Source: an uncultured Gammaproteobacteria bacterium (GTDB lineage: Bacteria; Pseudomonadota; Gammaproteobacteria; JACCXJ01). From it: DNA of 64,000 bases. Below, one piece after another: positions 38,714 through 52,014 of the stretch (positions within the stretch are counted from its first letter, which is position 1; every line of letters starts with the position of its first letter). Position numbers and translations under genes: made by a program. The DNA lies in the NCBI GenBank assembly GCA_963764725.1, contig CAVXTM010000011.1:256001-320000 (forward strand). Reading direction: 5' to 3'. The notes under the pieces were generated by a model. The model worked only from the letters and a program-made list of their open reading frames with translations, ran no database searches and was not told the origin of the DNA.

Positions 38714-39466
38714 ATGAATAGTGGCGCTTTGGCAAAACTGCGCTTTGTGCTGGTGCGGCCGACGCATCCCGGCAATATTGGCGCCAGTGCGCGCGCGTTG
38801 AAGACCATGGGACTCAGGCGTCTCTTCCTCGTGGCGCCTAATCGCTATCCTTCGGCCGACGCCACAGCGATGGCCGCCGGAGCCGCCGATGTGCTGCGGG
38901 AGACCGTGATCTGTAGATCGCCCGCCGAGGCCGTGCGCGGATGCGGTCTGGTGGTCGGTGCCAGCGCTCGCGCTCGCAGCATCCCTTGGCCGACTGTCTC
39001 CGCGCGCGAAGGCGCGTCACGAATCCTCGAGGCGACCGCGCGCGGCGAGGTTGCTGTTCTCTTCGGGCCGGAGCATTCCGGCCTCAGCAATACCGAGGTC
39101 GAGCTTTGCCAGCTTTTGGTCAAGGTGCCGACTGCCCCGGAGTATTCCTCACTCAATCTCGCGGCTGCGGTTCAGATCATTGCCTACGAATTGCGCCAAG
39201 CCGCGATGCCTCACCATGCGGCGGATCTCGCTATCGAACGCGCCGCGACCACCGACGAGATGGCGCGGCTTTACCTGCACCTCGAAGAGACCATGATCGA
39301 TGCCGGGTTCCTCGATCCGGAGAAACCGCGCCGGCTCATGCGGCGCATGCGGCGATTGTTTAATCGCGTTAGCCTCGATCAGAACGAGCTAAACATCCTG
39401 CGCGGGTTTCTCGCAGCGGCGCAGGCAAAGATAAAAACCAAGGTTTCTGGTGGTCTTGAGCGCTAG
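38714..39466 (+). CDS. trmJ: tRNA (C/U32-2'-O)-methyltransferase
   Basis: HPGNIGASARA, FGPEHSGL, SLNLAAAV. Confidence 0.92.
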   Translation: MNSGALAKLRFVLVRPTHPGNIGASARALKTMGLRRLFLVAPNRYPSADATAMAAGAADVLRETVICRSPAEAVRGCGLVVGASARARSIPWPTVSAREGASRILEATARGEVAVLFGPEHSGLSNTEVELCQLLVKVPTAPEYSSLNLAAAVQIIAYELRQAAMPHHAADLAIERAATTDEMARLYLHLEETMIDAGFLDPEKPRRLMRRMRRLFNRVSLDQNELNILRGFLAAAQAKIKTKVSGGLER

Positions 39467-40512
39467 CCGACGTCGATGACGACGCGCGCATCATCTTCCC
39501 GCGCTTCCACCCAACCGATCCGCCAAGCGGACTCGCCGCCGTGCCGGAGGTGTTCGAGCGCCCCGCCGGCATCGTCTGGGCTCACGATCACGACCATGCC
39601 GATACCGCAGTTGAACGTCCGGTACATCTCCCGCGCTTCGATGTCGCCGGCATCTCGGATCCATTCAAAGATCGGCGGCCACGGCCACTCCGTGGTTGCA
39701 ATCACGGCCCTAGTACCCGGAGGCATGATGCGCGGCAAGTTGTCGATGAAGCCCCCGCCCGTGATATGGGCGATGGCCCGGGGGCGGACGCTACGAAGCA
39801 AGGCAAGGATCGTCTTCACGTAGATGCGGGTCGGTTCCATCAAGGTATCGGCGAGGCTGCGGCCGCCGAGATCCATGGTCAAATCCGCGCCCGAGTCGGT
39901 GATCAATTTTCGGATCAATGAATAGCCGTTGGCGTGCGGACCGCTCGAACCGATACCGATGATGGCGTCGCCCGGGATCACCCCACGCCCGTCGATAAGC
40001 CAATCTTCCTCAACGACGCCGACACAGAATCCGGCGAGATCGTAGTCGGCTTTTTGATACAAGCCCGGCATCTCGGCCGTCTCGCCGCCGATGAGTGCCA
40101 TCCCGGCCAGCTCGCAGCCTCGGGCGATGCCTGCGACCACGTGCTCGGCGGTGTCGAGGTTTAGCCGGCCCGTGGCGAAGTAATCGAGGAAGAACAGCGG
40201 CTCCGCGCCTTGCACGACCACGTCGTTCGCGCACATCGCGACGAGATCGATGCCGATCGTCCGGTGCCGATCGAGGTCAATCGCGAGTTTGAGCTTGGTA
40301 CCTACGCCATCGGTCGAGGAGACCAACAGCGGTTTGCGATAATTCAATCCGGCGAGGCTGAAAAGTGCCCCGAAGCCGCCGATTCCGCTCGCCACCCCTG
40401 GCCGGTGAGTCGCGTGCGCATACGGTTTTATGCGCCGCACGAACTCGTTGCCACGCTCGATGTCGACGCCCGCGTCCCGGTAGGTCGCCCCCTTTTTTTG
40501 GCCGTTTTGCAT
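39463..40512 (-). CDS. purM: Phosphoribosylformylglycinamidine cyclo-ligase
   Basis: YRDAGVDI, DGVGTK, GGETAEMPG, HITGGG. Confidence 0.97.
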   Translation of the reverse strand: MQNGQKKGATYRDAGVDIERGNEFVRRIKPYAHATHRPGVASGIGGFGALFSLAGLNYRKPLLVSSTDGVGTKLKLAIDLDRHRTIGIDLVAMCANDVVVQGAEPLFFLDYFATGRLNLDTAEHVVAGIARGCELAGMALIGGETAEMPGLYQKADYDLAGFCVGVVEEDWLIDGRGVIPGDAIIGIGSSGPHANGYSLIRKLITDSGADLTMDLGGRSLADTLMEPTRIYVKTILALLRSVRPRAIAHITGGGFIDNLPRIMPPGTRAVIATTEWPWPPIFEWIRDAGDIEAREMYRTFNCGIGMVVIVSPDDAGGALEHLRHGGESAWRIGWVEAREDDARVVIDVG

Positions 40513-40586
40513 CGGCTTATGGTAGCGGCGCGCGATTCGCGCGGCAAACCTTGACGACGGCCGCTGTCTTAGCATACGTTCCGCGC

Positions 40587-41627
40587 ATGCGCTGGGTGCG
40601 ATATCTTCTGATGGCCGCGGGATCGGTCCTCGCCTTAGCGAGTGAAGGGGCCCAGGTCCGTGGGCTTTACGAGGCGGAGATCCCGACCGCGGGCGGTGAG
40701 CCGGCTGCGAAGACCGAAGCGATGGAAATGGCGCTCCGGGTCGTGCTCGTCAAGCTAACGGGCGATCGAAATGCCGCGCAGCGCGAAGGCGTCGCGAGTC
40801 TATTCAAAGAGCCGCAGGTTTACGTACAACAATACGGATATCAGACCTCCGAGGGCGGGCCCGGGAACGCGGGCAGCGGTGGGCGTGTGCTGGCGGTGAA
40901 ATTCGACGCGAAGACGCTCAGCGGCGCTCTCCGTCGCGCGGGTTTGAATCTTTGGGGACGCGAGCGCCCGCTGGTGCTGGTCGGGGTCTCGCTCGGCTCC
41001 GGCGGAAAACGCGTTATGGTCAGCCGCGACGACGCTTCGGGCTACACGCATGCCATCGAGTATCAAGCCCGGCTGCGCGGCCTACCGATCGTGATGCCGA
41101 TCATGGATGAGCGCGACCGGGCATGGCTGTCCGATCTGCAAACGCTGCCAGCAACGGCTACCGGAGAGGTATCCAACCCCTACGGAGCCGATGCGATCCT
41201 GACGGGCCATCTCGACGAAGTGGCCAGCGGTTTGTGGGAGGCTAGCTGGAGCCTATTCTATGGCGGAGAAGTTCAACGCTGGCTGTCCCAAGGCGATAGC
41301 GCGGAGACGGTGTTGGAGGAAGGCGTCGACCAGGGCACCGACGCTTTGGTCGCGCAATTGAATGCGCAGTTGTTGGAGGAGGTCGTCAAGCTCACCGTGC
41401 ACGGCGTGGCAGCGCTCGACCACTATGCGCAATTACAGCGTTACTTGGAATCGCTCGAAGCGGTCACCCATAGCAGCGTGGTTCGGGTACAACCGAATAG
41501 CGTGGAATTTGCGGTTACCGCTCGTGGCGGCGAAAGGGCGCTCGGCCGCGCCATCGCTCTCGGCAAGTACCTGGAGCCGATGAGTGGGGAACCGGCGCCC
41601 GGGCATTACCGACTACGCCTGGAGTAA
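40587..41627 (+). CDS. DUF2066 domain protein
   Basis: Signal peptide, LYEAEIP..VLVKLTG..WGRERP; between purM and hda. Confidence 0.85.
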   Translation: MRWVRYLLMAAGSVLALASEGAQVRGLYEAEIPTAGGEPAAKTEAMEMALRVVLVKLTGDRNAAQREGVASLFKEPQVYVQQYGYQTSEGGPGNAGSGGRVLAVKFDAKTLSGALRRAGLNLWGRERPLVLVGVSLGSGGKRVMVSRDDASGYTHAIEYQARLRGLPIVMPIMDERDRAWLSDLQTLPATATGEVSNPYGADAILTGHLDEVASGLWEASWSLFYGGEVQRWLSQGDSAETVLEEGVDQGTDALVAQLNAQLLEEVVKLTVHGVAALDHYAQLQRYLESLEAVTHSSVVRVQPNSVEFAVTARGGERALGRAIALGKYLEPMSGEPAPGHYRLRLE

Positions 41628-41647
41628 ACCTGGGATCGGGCATCTAC

Positions 41648-42343
41648 GTGACGCAGCAGAGACAACTTCCGTTCGTATTCCCCGAGGGCCGGATCCCGAG
41701 CTTCGAGCTTTACTATCCGGGGCCCAATCGCGAGGTTTTCGAACACATCCGGCGGCTCGGCGAGGCGCCGGCGAGCCTCTATTTGTGGGGACCTAGCGGT
41801 ACCGGAAAGACACATCTCCTACAGGCCGCCGGTCATGAGTTTACCGCCTTGGGGCGCCGGGCCTGCTACCTCGCCCTCGCGCAAAACGCGGAGCTATCCC
41901 CAACGATCTTGGAGGGGCTTGAGGATCTGGACTTGGTCTGCATCGACGAGTTGCACAGCGTCGCCGGGAACGGCGAGTGGGAGCGCGCGTTACTTCATTT
42001 GTACGAGCGGTTGCGAGATTTCGGGCGCTGCTGCGTCCTCGCCAGTCTGGAAAGCCCCGGATTCATCAACATCGATCTGCCCGATCTCAAATCGCGGCTC
42101 GCCTGGGGTTTGGTATTTCACCTCCGGCAACTCGACGAGTGTGATAAAATCCGCGCTCTGCAGTGGCGCGCAAAGCTTCGCGGCGCGGATCTTCCCGTTG
42201 AGGTGGCGAAGTATCTTTTGCGGCGCAATTCGCGCGCGATGACGGAGTTATGCCGGGTGCTCGATGAGTTGGATGAGTCATCGCTGGCTATGCAGCGTAG
42301 GCTCACACTACCGTTAATGCGCGCTGTGTTAGATCGTCGATGA
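41648..42343 (+). CDS. hda: DnaA regulatory inactivator Hda
   Basis: QLPF clamp-binding motif, GPSGTGKTHLL, LPDLKSRLAWG. Confidence 0.95.
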   Translation: MTQQRQLPFVFPEGRIPSFELYYPGPNREVFEHIRRLGEAPASLYLWGPSGTGKTHLLQAAGHEFTALGRRACYLALAQNAELSPTILEGLEDLDLVCIDELHSVAGNGEWERALLHLYERLRDFGRCCVLASLESPGFINIDLPDLKSRLAWGLVFHLRQLDECDKIRALQWRAKLRGADLPVEVAKYLLRRNSRAMTELCRVLDELDESSLAMQRRLTLPLMRAVLDRR

Positions 42344-42358
42344 TCACGGAGGCAGGCT

Positions 42359-43099
42359 ATGACAACAACAACGATGGGGCCAGGCAAACAAGCGTGGTCT
42401 TGGTATAAAGCCGGCTGGCGGCTGTTCTTAATCAACCCTTCGACGTGGATTTTGTACACGTTCCTGTGGGTGCTATTGGCGATTATTCTTTGGCAGATCC
42501 CGATTCTCGGCCGCGTCGCTTTGTGGATGATCAATCCCGCGCTTTACGCCGGGTTCCTATACCAAGCCTCAGAAATGGAACAGGGACGACCGCTTGCTGT
42601 GAACCGTTTCTTCATCGGCCTTACCGACAAAACCAAGCGCCTGTCGCTGCTCATGCTGGGCGTCATCACCTTAGCCGCCTACGTTATTATTAATGTCGTG
42701 ACCGTGGTGGATCCGAGTCTGTATTCAACGATTGAGTCGCTATTGCGGGCCGATGCGAGCAGCGGGATCGTGGCGATCGTGATCAATCTACTCTTGCGCT
42801 GCGTGCTCTTGTTCATGATCCTTACCTTAGCGACGATGGCCTTGCTGTACTCCTGTCCAGCGATCATGTTTGCCGGGAGCGATGGGTTTGACGCCATGAT
42901 GAATAGCTTTGAGACCTGCGCGCGTCACTGGCGCGCGTTTGCGGCTTTCATGAGCATCTTCATCGGACTGGCCATCATGGCGATGATTCCCATGGGACTT
43001 GGGTTTTTAGTGCTGATACCGGTCACTTTCTGCGCCGCGTATGCTAGCTTTCGAACGCTGTACGGTTCAGCGCAGCCCGACTCGAACGCACCCGGTTAA
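42359..43099 (+). CDS. BPSS1780-like membrane protein
   Basis: WYKAGWRLF N-terminus, multiple TM helices, IPMGLG. Confidence 0.7.
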   Translation: MTTTTMGPGKQAWSWYKAGWRLFLINPSTWILYTFLWVLLAIILWQIPILGRVALWMINPALYAGFLYQASEMEQGRPLAVNRFFIGLTDKTKRLSLLMLGVITLAAYVIINVVTVVDPSLYSTIESLLRADASSGIVAIVINLLLRCVLLFMILTLATMALLYSCPAIMFAGSDGFDAMMNSFETCARHWRAFAAFMSIFIGLAIMAMIPMGLGFLVLIPVTFCAAYASFRTLYGSAQPDSNAPG

Positions 43100-43227
43100 C
43101 AAATATACTTCGCGGGCGGGGTATGAACCCCGCCCTTGACCAAAGGGGAGAGCTGCACTTCTCCCCTTTGGGAACCCCATCGCTAAGGTACCCGCGGCAA
43201 GACCGCGGCGTATGCGATAATTAATAT

Positions 43228-44186
<959 letters not shown>

Positions 44187-44310
44187 GATCCGATCTCCTG
44201 ACGTTTCGCGTTGTTTGCCGTGTCGCGCCTCGAAAGCGAACCGCAATGGTTCGGCACGTGGTCTCCCCTTATACTTTTCGCCCGTTAAGCTAGCGTAAAA
44301 TCGAGCTTAG

Positions 44311-44580
44311 GTGAACACCTGTGTTAAGTGCCTGGTCAGCGGCCGCGTGCAAGGCGTCTATTTTCGGTCCCATACCCGCCACCAGGCGTTGCGGCTCGGA
44401 CTCAGCGGCTGGGTACGGAACGTCTCCAGCGGCCAGGTCGAGGTTCTGGTGTGCGGTCCCGCGGTCGAGGTCGAGAAGCTCATAGCGTGGCTTTGGCAGG
44501 GACCGCGAGAGGCGCGCGTAGCCGACGTTCGGTGCGAAGCGGTATCGACGCCGGCCCCGGCAGGCTTCGTGATCCGCTAA
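44311..44580 (+). CDS. acyP: Acylphosphatase
   Basis: GRVQGVYFR, GWVRN, GP motif. Confidence 0.93.
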   Translation: MNTCVKCLVSGRVQGVYFRSHTRHQALRLGLSGWVRNVSSGQVEVLVCGPAVEVEKLIAWLWQGPREARVADVRCEAVSTPAPAGFVIR

Positions 44581-46308
44581 TCAACCGGCGAGACGGGCCT
44601 TGATAAACGGCACGGCCTCGTCGAGCTTGATATGTTGGGCGTGTACATCCCGCCGGCCTTTGTATTCCAGCGTCTCGTTGTCCAACCCGCGTTCGCTAGG
44701 CACCAAGCGATGCGGGATCCCCACCAGATCCAAATCGTTGAACATCACGCCCGGCCGTTCTTTGCGATCGTAGTACAGGACCTCGATACCGGCCGCCAAC
44801 AGCTCGGCATACAGCCGCTCGACCACCTCACCCAAGCGTCCCGAGCGCTGGATATTGATCGGCGCGAGCGCTACTTCGAAAGGTGCGATCGCCTCCGGCC
44901 AGATGATGCCGCGTTCATCGTGATTCTGCTCGATTGCCGCGGCCACGATCCGCGATACACCAATACCATAGCACCCCATGATCAAGGTCACCGCCTCGCC
45001 GTTTTCGTCGAGGCAAGTGGCTTTCATCGTCCGGCTGTACTTGTCGCCTAGCTGAAATATGTGACCGATCTCGATGCCTCTCGCGATAGTCAAGGTTCCC
45101 TGGCCGTCCGGGCCGGGGTCGCCGTCTACTACCTTGCGGAGATCCCAGACTTGTGGCGGCAACTGCTGGTCGCGGCCCCAGTTGACGCCCTTCAGATGGT
45201 AGCCGTCTTCGTTGGCGCCGCAGACGAAATCACTCATGCAGGCGGCCGAGCGGTCGGCGATGATGCCCATGTCCGGTGGTGTGTGTTGCAGGTTCACCGG
45301 GCCGAGGTAGCCGGGACGGCAGCCCAGATAGCCTTGGATCTCCTCGTCGCTGGCGAAGCGGAAGGCGCCGATCTGTTTGCGGGCCTTGGCCTCGTTGAGC
45401 TCGTGGTCGCCCCGCAGCAACAGTAGACAGAGTTCCTTGCCTTGACCGGAATTGAGCATCACGGCGATGGTTTTCAGTATCCTTTCCGGTGGCAGGCCCA
45501 GAAAGTCGCTGACTTCGGCGATGCTCGTCCTGCCCGGCGTGGCGACTGTTTTCATATCTTCATTGGGATGTGGGCGCGTCGTGGCAGGCGCCAGGGCCTC
45601 CGCCAGCTCGACATTGGCGGCGTAGTCAGAATGCGGGCAGAATGCGATCGCATCCTCGCCCGCTTCGGCCAGGACGTGAAATTCATGAGACAGGTTGCCG
45701 CCGATGTTGCCAGTATCCGCCAACACGGCGCGAAATCTAAGCCCCATGCGGGTGAAGATTCGGGTGTAGGTCTCGTACATCCGGTCATAGGTCGCTTGCA
45801 ACGAGCTTTGATCAAGGTGAAAGGAATAAGCGTCCTTCATCAAAAACTCGCGCGCCCGCATGATGCCGAAACGCGGCCGCACCTCGTCGCGGAACTTGGT
45901 CTGGATCTGGTAGAAGTTCGCGGGCAGTTGCTTATAGCTACGGATCTCCCGGCGCACCAGATCCGTGATGACTTCTTCATGGGTCGGACCGAGACAAAAC
46001 TCGCGTTCATGCCGATCCCGGAAGCGCAGAAGCTCCGGGCCATAGTGCTGCCAACGGTGCGATTCCTCCCACAGCTCCGCCGGTTGCACACCGGGTAGCA
46101 AGACCTCTTGGGCACCGGCGCGATCCATCTCTTCGCGGATGATGCATTCCACCTTGCGCAGAACGCGCAATCCGAGTGGAAGCCAGGTGTAAATCCCCGC
46201 CGCGAGCCGGCGGACCATACCCGCCCTCAGCATGAGATGATGGCTGATAATCTCGGCGTCGGCGGGGGATTCCCTCACGGTCGGGAGTAAAAACTGCGAG
46301 ATCCGCAT
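44581..46308 (-). CDS. proS: Proline-tRNA ligase
   Basis: [30 protein letters not shown] editing domain, MGCYGIG. Confidence 0.98.
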   Translation of the reverse strand: MRISQFLLPTVRESPADAEIISHHLMLRAGMVRRLAAGIYTWLPLGLRVLRKVECIIREEMDRAGAQEVLLPGVQPAELWEESHRWQHYGPELLRFRDRHEREFCLGPTHEEVITDLVRREIRSYKQLPANFYQIQTKFRDEVRPRFGIMRAREFLMKDAYSFHLDQSSLQATYDRMYETYTRIFTRMGLRFRAVLADTGNIGGNLSHEFHVLAEAGEDAIAFCPHSDYAANVELAEALAPATTRPHPNEDMKTVATPGRTSIAEVSDFLGLPPERILKTIAVMLNSGQGKELCLLLLRGDHELNEAKARKQIGAFRFASDEEIQGYLGCRPGYLGPVNLQHTPPDMGIIADRSAACMSDFVCGANEDGYHLKGVNWGRDQQLPPQVWDLRKVVDGDPGPDGQGTLTIARGIEIGHIFQLGDKYSRTMKATCLDENGEAVTLIMGCYGIGVSRIVAAAIEQNHDERGIIWPEAIAPFEVALAPINIQRSGRLGEVVERLYAELLAAGIEVLYYDRKERPGVMFNDLDLVGIPHRLVPSERGLDNETLEYKGRRDVHAQHIKLDEAVPFIKARLAG

Positions 46309-46454
46309 TGTGGTGCTCTCCTAGCGTTGCCGGATTAGTTTCAGGCGGGTCGGCAACGCCCTTTGAGCCGCGCATTCTACACCATTGCAGCGGCTTGACC
46401 TGATTCGCAAATGCCAGTAGCTTCTCATCTTTCAAGGTCCCGAAAGGTATAGAC

Positions 46455-48173
46455 GTGACAGAAAAATTACGCGGGGCGGACATCTTCGTACGCTGCCTCA
46501 AAGACGAGGGGGTCGATTACATTTTCGGCTATCCCGGCGGGGCCGTGCTCCATATCTATGACGCGTTGTATAAGCAGGACGCCGTCAAGCACATCCTCGT
46601 GCGGCACGAGCAAGGGGCCACCCACGCCGCGGACGGTTTTGCGCGGGCCACCGGCAGGCCGGGTGTGGTCTTGGTAACCTCGGGTCCCGGCGTGACCAAC
46701 ACCATCACCGGGATCGCCACGGCCTACATGGACTCGATCCCGCTGGTCGTATTCACCGGTCAGGTGCCGACCCATCTCATCGGCAATGACGCTTTTCAAG
46801 AAGTCGATGCGATCGGTATCACGCGTCCGTGCGTCAAGCACAATTTCCTGGTCGAAAACGTCAACGACCTCGCGAGCGTAATCAAGAAGGCGTTTTACAT
46901 CGCCACCACGGGCCGCCCCGGTCCGGTGGTCGTGGATATTCCGAAGGACGTCACCGCCGACCTGGCCGAGTACCATTACCCGGAAACGGTCGAAATGCGT
47001 TCCTACAAACCGGTCACTAAGGGTCATCCGGGCCAGATCAAGAAGGCTGTGGTGCTTATCCTCGCGGCCAAGCGCCCAATGATTTACACCGGCGGCGGTG
47101 TCGTGCTCGACAACGCCGCAGGGGAGCTCATCGAGTTTACGCGCCATCTCGGCTATCCGATCACCAACACCTTGATGGGGCTTGGCGCCTACCCGGGAAC
47201 GGATCCGCAGTTCATCGGCATGCTCGGGATGCACGGCACCTACGAGGCCAACATGGCGATGCACCACTGCGACGTGCTCATCGCCATCGGCGCGCGCTTC
47301 GATGACCGCGTCACGGGCGATCTCAAGCATTTTTGCCCGGAGGCCAAGATCGTCCATATCGACGTCGATCCCTCGTCGATCGCGAAGAACGTACCGGTCG
47401 CCGTACCGATCGTCGGCGGCGCGGGCAGTGTCTTGCGCGATTTAATCAAGGCGCTGCGCGAAAGCGGCGCGAAACCGGATCAGGGCGTGCTAGCGGCGTG
47501 GTGGGGACAAATTAAAGAATGGCAGGCCGTCGATTGCCTGTGTTACGACCGCACCACCGAGGTCATCAAACCCCAGTATGTCATCGAGCAGCTCTATGAG
47601 CTCTCCGGCGGCGATGCGTATATCACTTCCGATGTCGGCCAACACCAGATGTGGGCAGCGCAGTTTTATAAGTTCGACCAACCCCGGCGGTGGATCAACT
47701 CCGGAGGGCTCGGCACCATGGGGTTCGGCTTGCCGGCGGCCTTGGGCGTGCAGATCGCGTTCCCCGAGCATCTCGTAGCCTGCATCACGGGCGAGGCCAG
47801 CTTGGTAATGTGCATCCAGGAGCTCTCGACCTGCCTACAGTACGGGCTGCCCATTAAAATCATCAATCTTAACAATCGCTACATGGGAATGGTCCGGCAG
47901 TGGCAAGAATTCTTCTACGATAGGCGCTACTCGCACTCGTATATGGATGCCTTGCCCGATTTCGTCAAACTGGCGGAGAGCTTCGGGCACGTCGGGATGC
48001 GGATTGAAAAGACGGGTAGCGTGCGACCGGCTCTCAAGGAAGCGCTGGGGATGAAAGAGCGCCTGGTGCTGATGGATTTCATTACGGACCAGACCGAAAA
48101 CGTCTACCCCATGATTGCCGCGGGTAAAGGTCACCATGAAATGCATCTGTCGCCGGAAAGGGAATTGGCTTAG
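46455..48173 (+). CDS. ilvI: Acetolactate synthase III large subunit
   Basis: [28 protein letters not shown]. Confidence 0.94.
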   Translation: MTEKLRGADIFVRCLKDEGVDYIFGYPGGAVLHIYDALYKQDAVKHILVRHEQGATHAADGFARATGRPGVVLVTSGPGVTNTITGIATAYMDSIPLVVFTGQVPTHLIGNDAFQEVDAIGITRPCVKHNFLVENVNDLASVIKKAFYIATTGRPGPVVVDIPKDVTADLAEYHYPETVEMRSYKPVTKGHPGQIKKAVVLILAAKRPMIYTGGGVVLDNAAGELIEFTRHLGYPITNTLMGLGAYPGTDPQFIGMLGMHGTYEANMAMHHCDVLIAIGARFDDRVTGDLKHFCPEAKIVHIDVDPSSIAKNVPVAVPIVGGAGSVLRDLIKALRESGAKPDQGVLAAWWGQIKEWQAVDCLCYDRTTEVIKPQYVIEQLYELSGGDAYITSDVGQHQMWAAQFYKFDQPRRWINSGGLGTMGFGLPAALGVQIAFPEHLVACITGEASLVMCIQELSTCLQYGLPIKIINLNNRYMGMVRQWQEFFYDRRYSHSYMDALPDFVKLAESFGHVGMRIEKTGSVRPALKEALGMKERLVLMDFITDQTENVYPMIAAGKGHHEMHLSPERELA

Positions 48174-48175
48174 AG

Positions 48176-49707
<1,532 letters not shown>

Positions 49708-49764
49708 GCCATTAAGGAGGCGGAAAGGTGTACAGATGGCCAGCTCGATGCTGCTAAGAGGGGT

Positions 49765-50550
49765 TTGATCGTGCTCAACATCGGACACAATGCGAAGACC
49801 CCGCGCCGGCGCGGTCTGTATCTGTTGCCGAACCTCTTCACCACCGCGGCGCTGTTTGCCGGCTTCTACGCCATCGTCGCCGCCATCAAGGGAGGCTTTC
49901 ACGAGGCGGCGGTGTCAATCTTCGTCGCCATGTTGCTCGATGGACTCGATGGCCGCGTGGCGCGCCTCACCAACACGGAAACCGATTTCGGGGCGGAATA
50001 CGATAGCTTGTCGGACATGGTTTCCTTTGGCGTGGCCCCGGCGCTCGTCATGTATCAATGGTCTCTGCTCGCCTTGGACAAACTGGGGTGGCTCGCAGCA
50101 TTCGTTTACACCTCGGCCGCCGCGCTCCGGCTAGCGCGCTTTAACACCCAGGCGGGCACGGCCGACAAACAATACTTTCAGGGTCTGCCCAGCCCTTCGG
50201 CGGCGGCCTTATTGGCCGGGTTGGTGTGGGTCGGCGCGGACAGTGGACTGACCGACGGTAGATTCCTGGCGCCTCTGACGCTGTTATTGACGGTGGCGGC
50301 GGCGGGCCTCATGGTCAGCAACGTTCGCTACCATAGTTTGAAGACCATCGATTTCAGAGGCCGCGTCCCCTTCGTGCGGGGCCTACTCGTGGTTCTGATC
50401 TTCGTGCTCGTGTCCCTGTCGCCACCCGTTTCGCTTTTCGTAGCCTTCTTGATTTACGCGTCCACGGGTCCGGTGATCACGCTGTTACAAATCCGCCGCA
50501 AACGCGCCGCGCGTCGCGGCTCCAGCGAGGGGCCGAACCCCGAGGCGTAA
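49765..50550 (+). CDS. pssA: CDP-diacylglycerol-serine O-phosphatidyltransferase
   Basis: LPNLFT, DGLDGRVAR..GAEYDSLSD, RLARFN. Confidence 0.95.
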   Translation: MIVLNIGHNAKTPRRRGLYLLPNLFTTAALFAGFYAIVAAIKGGFHEAAVSIFVAMLLDGLDGRVARLTNTETDFGAEYDSLSDMVSFGVAPALVMYQWSLLALDKLGWLAAFVYTSAAALRLARFNTQAGTADKQYFQGLPSPSAAALLAGLVWVGADSGLTDGRFLAPLTLLLTVAAAGLMVSNVRYHSLKTIDFRGRVPFVRGLLVVLIFVLVSLSPPVSLFVAFLIYASTGPVITLLQIRRKRAARRGSSEGPNPEA

Positions 50551-50569
50551 GCTGTTGTTTTTTGCCAAC
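50497..50569 (+). repeat. Direct repeat copy 1 (3' end of pssA plus 19 bp)
   Basis: CGCAAACGCGCCGCGCGTCGCGGCTCC..GCGAGGGGCCGAACCCCGAGGCGTAAGCTGTTGT..GCCAAC recurs at 54841. Confidence 0.95.
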
Positions 50570-51375
50570 TACTGCAGCGCGACGGGTTGAAAGGCGCAGA
50601 CTTGTCTCAGATTGCGCAAGTGCGCTTCAATCTGCTGCATGCGATTCTCGGGCGCCGGATGAGTGCTGGCGAACTCGGGCGCGCGCGATGCGCCGCCGCT
50701 TGCTTCAGCAAGAATTTTCATCACATCGAGCAACGCGGTCGGATCGTAGCCGGCGCCTTTAAGGAAGCACATACCGAATTTGTCCGCTTCGAGCTCATCC
50801 TCGCGACCATATTTCATGTTGATCAGGCCGCCGACCATGCGGGCGACTTGAGCCATTTCGTACGAGCCCGCGCCCATCACCACCGCGCCGGTGAGTCCTT
50901 GCGTCAATTCTTGTTTGGCGATGTGCTCGGCGGAATGGCGGCCGATCACATGGCCGATTTCGTGGCCTAGCACACCCGCCAATTGATCTTCAGTCTTCAA
51001 GCGCGAGAGCAGTGCGACGGTGATGAAAATCTGCCCGCCGGGCAGCGCGAACGCGTTCACGGTTTTGTCGTCCGCCAGCACATGAAAATCGAACGGATAG
51101 CCGCTCTGCGCCGCGATGCTTTGCGCGACGATTTTCCTGCCTAGCGCTTTCACGCTTTGTTGTACGCGTTCATCAGGATATACGCCGCCGAACTGTGCTG
51201 CCATCTCCGGCGCGGACTGCAATCCCATGGCGATTTCTTGATCCTGGGTCAGGCTAACGCGCTGCGATTCGCCGGTGATCGGATTGACCGAAGTCTTGCT
51301 GAAATACGAAAGAACGGAAAAACCCGCGATCACCAACATGATGATCAGGCGCATTTTCCACATGCCGCGATTCAT
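50569..51375 (-). CDS. M48 family zinc metalloprotease
   Basis: NAFALPGG, HEIGH, ELEAD, STHP. Confidence 0.92.
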   Translation of the reverse strand: MNRGMWKMRLIIMLVIAGFSVLSYFSKTSVNPITGESQRVSLTQDQEIAMGLQSAPEMAAQFGGVYPDERVQQSVKALGRKIVAQSIAAQSGYPFDFHVLADDKTVNAFALPGGQIFITVALLSRLKTEDQLAGVLGHEIGHVIGRHSAEHIAKQELTQGLTGAVVMGAGSYEMAQVARMVGGLINMKYGREDELEADKFGMCFLKGAGYDPTALLDVMKILAEASGGASRAPEFASTHPAPENRMQQIEAHLRNLRQVCAFQPVALQ

Positions 51376-51386
51376 AGCGAGCTTGC

Positions 51387-51881
51387 TTAGACGTGAACAT
51401 GCTCGAAGCGGTCGCGCTCCAGCGCCTCGTAAACGCCGCCGGCGACCGCGCCGAAGATGACGTGCGACAGCGCCATGATCCAGCCGCGCAGCGGCGCGAG
51501 CCACGGAAACGCGTCCGCTACCGAATAGTAATTGATCGCATAAAGCGCCAAACCAAATAACGCACCGCCGACAATGCCGACCAGAATTCCCCAGCGATGC
51601 AGACAGAATGCGATCAAGCACGCGAACCCGATGGCCAGCAGCATGTGCAGCATGAAGCCGACCGCGTAGACGCTCCCGCCCACGCCTGCGGCAGGCGGTA
51701 GCACGCCCGGCCCCAGAACGACCGCGGCGGAAAGTTGCAGCGGCAAATTGGCGTTACCCAAGTAGTAACTGGCGAGCCACATGTTCAACAGCACGAATAC
51801 GACGCCGGCAACGATGCCGGCGATGATCGCGGCGCGCCAGTCCATCATTTGTCGAAGTATGGTTGTTCGCTTGGTTTGCAT
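51387..51881 (-). CDS. Hypothetical membrane protein (4 TM, His within helices)
   Basis: WRAAIIAGIVAG..LHMLL..LSHVIFG. Confidence 0.75.
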   Translation of the reverse strand: MQTKRTTILRQMMDWRAAIIAGIVAGVVFVLLNMWLASYYLGNANLPLQLSAAVVLGPGVLPPAAGVGGSVYAVGFMLHMLLAIGFACLIAFCLHRWGILVGIVGGALFGLALYAINYYSVADAFPWLAPLRGWIMALSHVIFGAVAGGVYEALERDRFEHVHV

Positions 51882-52014
51882 ACGTTGCCCATCGGGCGAA
51901 TCAGCGGCACGAGAAGCATAGCGCATTTAGATTGATCATGACACCGGCGCCGTAGGGCAATCGCCACGGATACCGACTCTGTGGGCTTGCTCAGTCTCTG
52001 GGAGAACCTACGCT

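Noticed and set aside
43105-43200. CCCTT..AAAGGGGAGAG..CTCCCTTTGG palindromic scrap
   Set aside because: Looks like a degenerate REP or terminator between convergent genes; too decayed to call.
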